DNA of 63,562 nucleotides, counting the filler. It is 11 parts of 11 records of this genome, joined end to end, with 100 filler letters (N's around TTAATTAATTAA, not from the genome) between each part and the next. Parts side by side here need not be neighbours in the genome. Positions count along the whole stretch, not along the records: positions 59,539 to 63,562 come from SRR15195285_876; 10 more parts are not named here. The stretch is one strand, 5' to 3'. The notes below the pieces were generated by a model. It did not search any database. It saw only the letters and a program-made list of their open reading frames with translations, and had not been told where the DNA came from. This document shows, in pieces, positions 59,539 to 63,562 of this stretch (the first letter of the stretch is position 1; each line of letters opens with the position of its first letter). The position numbers and the translations under genes are program-made.

Positions 59539-62500
59539 ACTGAGCTGGTGGCTGGACAACCTGATAGAGCAAGTATATCAGGTGCAAAAATACGCCAGTC
59601 TTCCCGATCTGTGGGCGCCCGACTAGTGCGAACCGACTCGGATTGTCTCGCCAGATTGCAGGATCATCTGGCTTGTAGTCTGCATTTCCTTCCCCTGCAT
59701 CCCAATTTGTCCGATATGTCTCTGTGTCAAAGTCATCCAGTGGATGATAGTACACAAGATTTGTCTCTCCTCGTCGCAACTCGCTGTGGCCGGGTGGCTG
59801 CCGAATATCTTTTTCCGGTACCTTGACCATCTTTTTAACCCTATCAGGTTGTCTTCTCAGAACTGGGTTTCCGGTGGACTTTCGCCCCTGTTTAAATGTT
59901 TTGATCATCACAGAACTAACGAGCATATACGGCATCTGCTTACGCTCGTAGTCATCTGGCTCCCCATCATTCTCCGTGCGACAGGTAGCACAGTTGTTTG
60001 GGTGCTTGTCAACCCACCGGCACGCACGACCAAGGTCTTGTTCAGCAGGTGCTCGAATGATGGCTTTCGTTCCTGACCCATAGTACTTGAGACGGAGGTC
60101 GTAGTACTTCATGCTTCGTGGAAATGTGTCACCCATCTTCCCTTTCTGGCACAAAATCAGAATGCAAGGTAGACCTTCTAGCTCCTCGTAGGCATCCACG
60201 CAGAGCTCCTGGATCGTTTGAGGTTGTGTTAAGTGAGCGTGTGGGTCTTCAATGCGGATGGCCCAGCTAGCCAGCCGTTTTTTGAGAACATCGGACTTGA
60301 TGAGGTCCTTTAGGCTCGTATTGCGCTGGTCTGTGTCAAGAATTGTTGCGAACGAGTCTTGAAGACCCAGTTCCTTTTGTGCTTTCAGAATGCCAGCGTG
60401 CAAGACTGCTCCGTTTGGTTTACTATCAACCCGAATGAGGATCATCGATCCCTTACCAGACGGAGCAGGTTTAAGTAAATCAGCGATCATGTTGTCAGTG
60501 AATTTTGACGTCCACTTCTCAATTTTTGTTTTGGTATCCGCAGATAGCTTCCCGAATGCATTTCGATGAATAATTGCATGTTTGATGAGTGCAGACTTGT
60601 ATTGTTGCAGCATGGTCTCGACACGCTTATCGGCATCAGATTTCCCGTCGGCATCCCGCCAAAGCCGGTCGAAATCATCGTCGCTGGTCATCCTGCCTTC
60701 ACCCCACTGCCCAATGTGATCCTTATTGCAATAGTCCGCGATCCCGTAATACCTTTTCGACGCAGAGTGCTGTGCCGAGCTCATTGTGCAAACATTTCGC
60801 GCAGGAATTTGCGAGTTTCTCGTAAAGATGCAATATGGCGTAGCGCTGACGAACAAGGTAAGTACGTTGACATTTGCTGGCTCGCGCAGCTCTTGACCAT
60901 TCACAATCTTGCTGAACTCACCCGTTGCCGTCATGTCGTAGTGTGCCTCGTCCTGAATGATCAGAAATAGAGTATCTGGATTGTTTTGAATCTCATTTTG
61001 TAGTGCCTTTACCTTGGCAGCCTGATCTTCGCCACCAGCGGATGGGCGGATTATGAATCTGCTGTCGCTGGTGGCTTTTCCACTCGCATCTTTCAAGTCT
61101 CGCTGGACATCTGCGAAGAAGCTATCGTCTCCAATATACCTGCTGTACTCTGCGAGAAACGGTGCAAGTCGAACTACAGTCTGCTTTGCCAAAGAATTTG
61201 GCTTCGGCAGGAAGATGTAAAAGGCCAACCTGGAGAACGCACGCCCGCGCTGCTGTATTGCATCCTGTATGTGAACGACCATCTTCGCAGCCAACTCCTT
61301 TGCGACATCCTGCTGTGTACCCTTGACATTTCCTCCGTCAGGCACACTTTCTATTTCGATTGATGCCCGAGGTACACCTTTAGGCTGCACGGCCGTATCC
61401 ACAATCGGGCATGTCCTAAGAAGGTTTCGAACCTCTTCTAGATCTAGTACACCTGCATCGTCGTCAACCGGTGACTCACTATCCAGCTCGCTCGATTCGT
61501 CCTCACCTTCGTCACTGCTCTCGTCCTCGCTGTCTTCCTCAATCTTGTTCGGCGTCAACTTGCGCTTCTTTCTTACAGCAACCTGATCCACTGCCTGCTC
61601 TTTCTGCAAGTCGAGGTCTAGAGTCAAACCGTCTTTATCATCGTCTGTCGATACATACCCATGCAGATCCGTTTCCTCTGTGTGGGCAGCAATTCCTGGT
61701 CCTGCGGGCGTAGCTTCCCTGGCCACACCCATGGCTTCCCGCGCCTCCTGTTCATTATCCTCCTCCTCCGACTCCGACTCCGAGTCGGTGCCTCGGTCCA
61801 TTCCGGCATAGCTGATACGGTCCAAAGTACGTAGCCGACTGCTAGCACGGCCCTCACTATCTGCGGCCGTTGGGGCGCGAGCTTGGACGGGTACCTCGCT
61901 TGTTGGCTCCAGCTCCAACTTCCTGCGCTTGTGTTGATCATCATTAGAGTCTACGCCTGGTCCACCGACAGCGTCTTTCCTCTGGCGCTTGCGCTCCTGA
62001 GATTGATTCCTTGTGCTCTTGCTGCTCTTGTTCCTGTTCTCCTTCTCCTTCTCCTTCTTCTTCTTCTTCTTCTTCAATCGCCGTGGCCGCTCTGCGTCAG
62101 TACTCCTTGTCGAGCCGTCATTGTGTACAGCCTGCGGAGGCGCAACTGCATCCGTTCCTGTCAGCCCGACGACAGCTGCTGCGGTGGGCGTATGCCCTGA
62201 GTCCATTTTAAGGTCGCCGTCCATAATACTGACTTTTTTTTCCGTGGTCCCGTCGTCCTGAGGCGAGAGAGTGCATTGCGGTGACTCAGCGACTTGATAG
62301 CAACTTTGGCCAGTGGGATTTCATGGGTGAGCGCACGAATCGAATGTCAATCGTCTCGCCGTCCGATTGGACTACCTCGCCATGATACCATTTGTAACCC
62401 CCCGGCTCATCAATCTCATACTTCAGTTGCACTCTTTGACCCACTGTCACGGTGGCAGCGTCACGGGCAGGTGCCGCGCCAACAGAGTCCTCAGTCACTG

Positions 62501-62996
62501 GGTCGTTGCTTCGTGAATCGCAACCGACATCCTCAGCGTCGGACAGGCCCTCCGCGACTTCGTTCGGGACTCTGTACTCTCCATCGCCGTCTACCGTCTC
62601 GGACCGGCGCGCGGAGCCGTTGCCTGCTGTCGCCGCTGATGCGGCTCTTCCGCGCAAACCCTTTCGCAGCGTACGCTTTGCTCCCTGATCCTCTGACCCC
62701 CGCACGCTTGGTCGCAGTGCGTTTGTGCTTTGTTGTACGCTCTCTATTACGTTGATGCACTCTTCTTCAAATGTTTCTTGGGTTCCATTTTCGTATTGCA
62801 CAGTGACTTTGCGCACAACATATTCATCTGGATCCGTAATCTCGACAACCTTCCCTTCCGAAAAACCTTCTTGAGGATCTGCTCCGGGGTCAATCAGCAC
62901 TTTATCGCCGATGTGCAGCGGGTCCCCTGGTTGCAACTGGTCCTCGGGTCTGTAAATGCGGTGGCTGGGTGCCATCGGCGCCTTCGCCCCATCCAT
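59539..62996 (-). CDS. GREB1-family circularly permuted SF2 helicase-like protein with two N-terminal Tudor-like domains, 3'-partial
   Basis: Exon 62996-62337 joins 62257-59539 through a 79-nt phase-0 intron. Motifs are PDTLFLIIQDEAH, LFVSATPY, EGLPCILILCQKGKMGDTFPRSMKYYDLR, EQDLGRACR, and a downstream Walker A, RFALVGRPQIGKTGVFLHLI. Confidence 0.82.
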
Positions 62997-63329
62997 ACCG
63001 CCTGGCACTGTCGCAGGCGCACGCTACGACACGCCGCGCACGCACGGCACGGCGCGGCGCTTAGAGCGCGCGGCGCCGCGGCGCCGCCGCGACCGGCGCG
63101 GCGCAAGGGCTGCTCTCGGTGCTCTGTACTAGATCTAGTACCCCAATGGCTTTTTCGCCAGACCCCACTCGTGAACATGACTCACGATCCGCAATCACTC
63201 GAATCACCGAACGTTGACGATTTCGACTGCCGGGATGCACCGGGCCAGGGGCCACCGGCCGGCGGCCGCCGCGGTTCTTGCTTTTCCCTTGTTGCCTTGG
63301 TTGCCTTGGGTGTTCCGCCGACGGCTCTC

Positions 63330-63447
63330 CGCCCAGCCTGTCCGGCTACTACAGGTACTGTACTGTGTACACTGCAGTGTAGCTACGCCCAGCCTGTCCG
63401 GCTACTGTACTGTGTGTACACACGGTACTGTACTGTACTGTGTGTAC
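63330..63447 (+). repeat. Two-copy repeat (cgcccagcctgtccggctact) with TACTG microrepeats
   Basis: The 21-bp unit occurs at about 63330 and 63386, each copy followed by tactg/tgtgtac runs. Confidence 0.7.
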
Positions 63448-63562
63448 GGTGGCTACGCATGGCGACGACCATTGCCATTGTGGACGACAGTGGTGATGAG
63501 AGCGACTTCGAGGAGGACGAGCCAAAGCCACAGGCTGGCAGCAGCAGCAGCAGCAGCAGCAG

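Noticed and set aside
1-63562. Treating kleisin, SBNO, GREB1-like and the hydrolases as one gene cluster or operon
   Set aside because: They lie on separate contigs. Only kleisin and SBNO share a contig, and adjacency of two genes is weak evidence in a eukaryote.

Overview
This is not one locus. It is 11 short eukaryotic contigs joined by ten identical 100-nt artificial spacers (44 N + TTAATTAATTAA + 44 N), so gene order only has meaning within a contig. The DNA is GC-rich and gene-dense, with short GT-AG introns (donors often GTGCG, GTGAG or GTACG). It looks like a free-living protist single-cell or metagenome assembly; Picozoa-like is an inference only. About 21 protein genes can be modelled. 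Recognisable ones include VPS25, a Rad21/Rec8 kleisin, glucosidase II beta (PRKCSH), a strawberry-notch (SBNO) helicase, a GREB1-family helicase, a PhyH dioxygenase, RidA, a metallophosphoesterase, a RING-CH protein, LRR, ankyrin and EF-hand proteins, an alpha/beta hydrolase and three glycoside hydrolases. The most unusual items are: (1) a Tudor-Tudor GREB1-like circularly permuted SF2 helicase that keeps a DEAH box; (2) an SBNO helicase extended with winged-helix, bromodomain, chromodomain and an FHA domain nested inside another FHA; (3) an animal-type uromodulin D8C domain fused to a bacterial-type glycoside hydrolase; (4) a MITE; and (5) a palindromic motif (TACTAGATCTAGTA) recurring upstream of genes on three unrelated contigs. 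Domain calls are by-eye motif recognition; no database searches were run.
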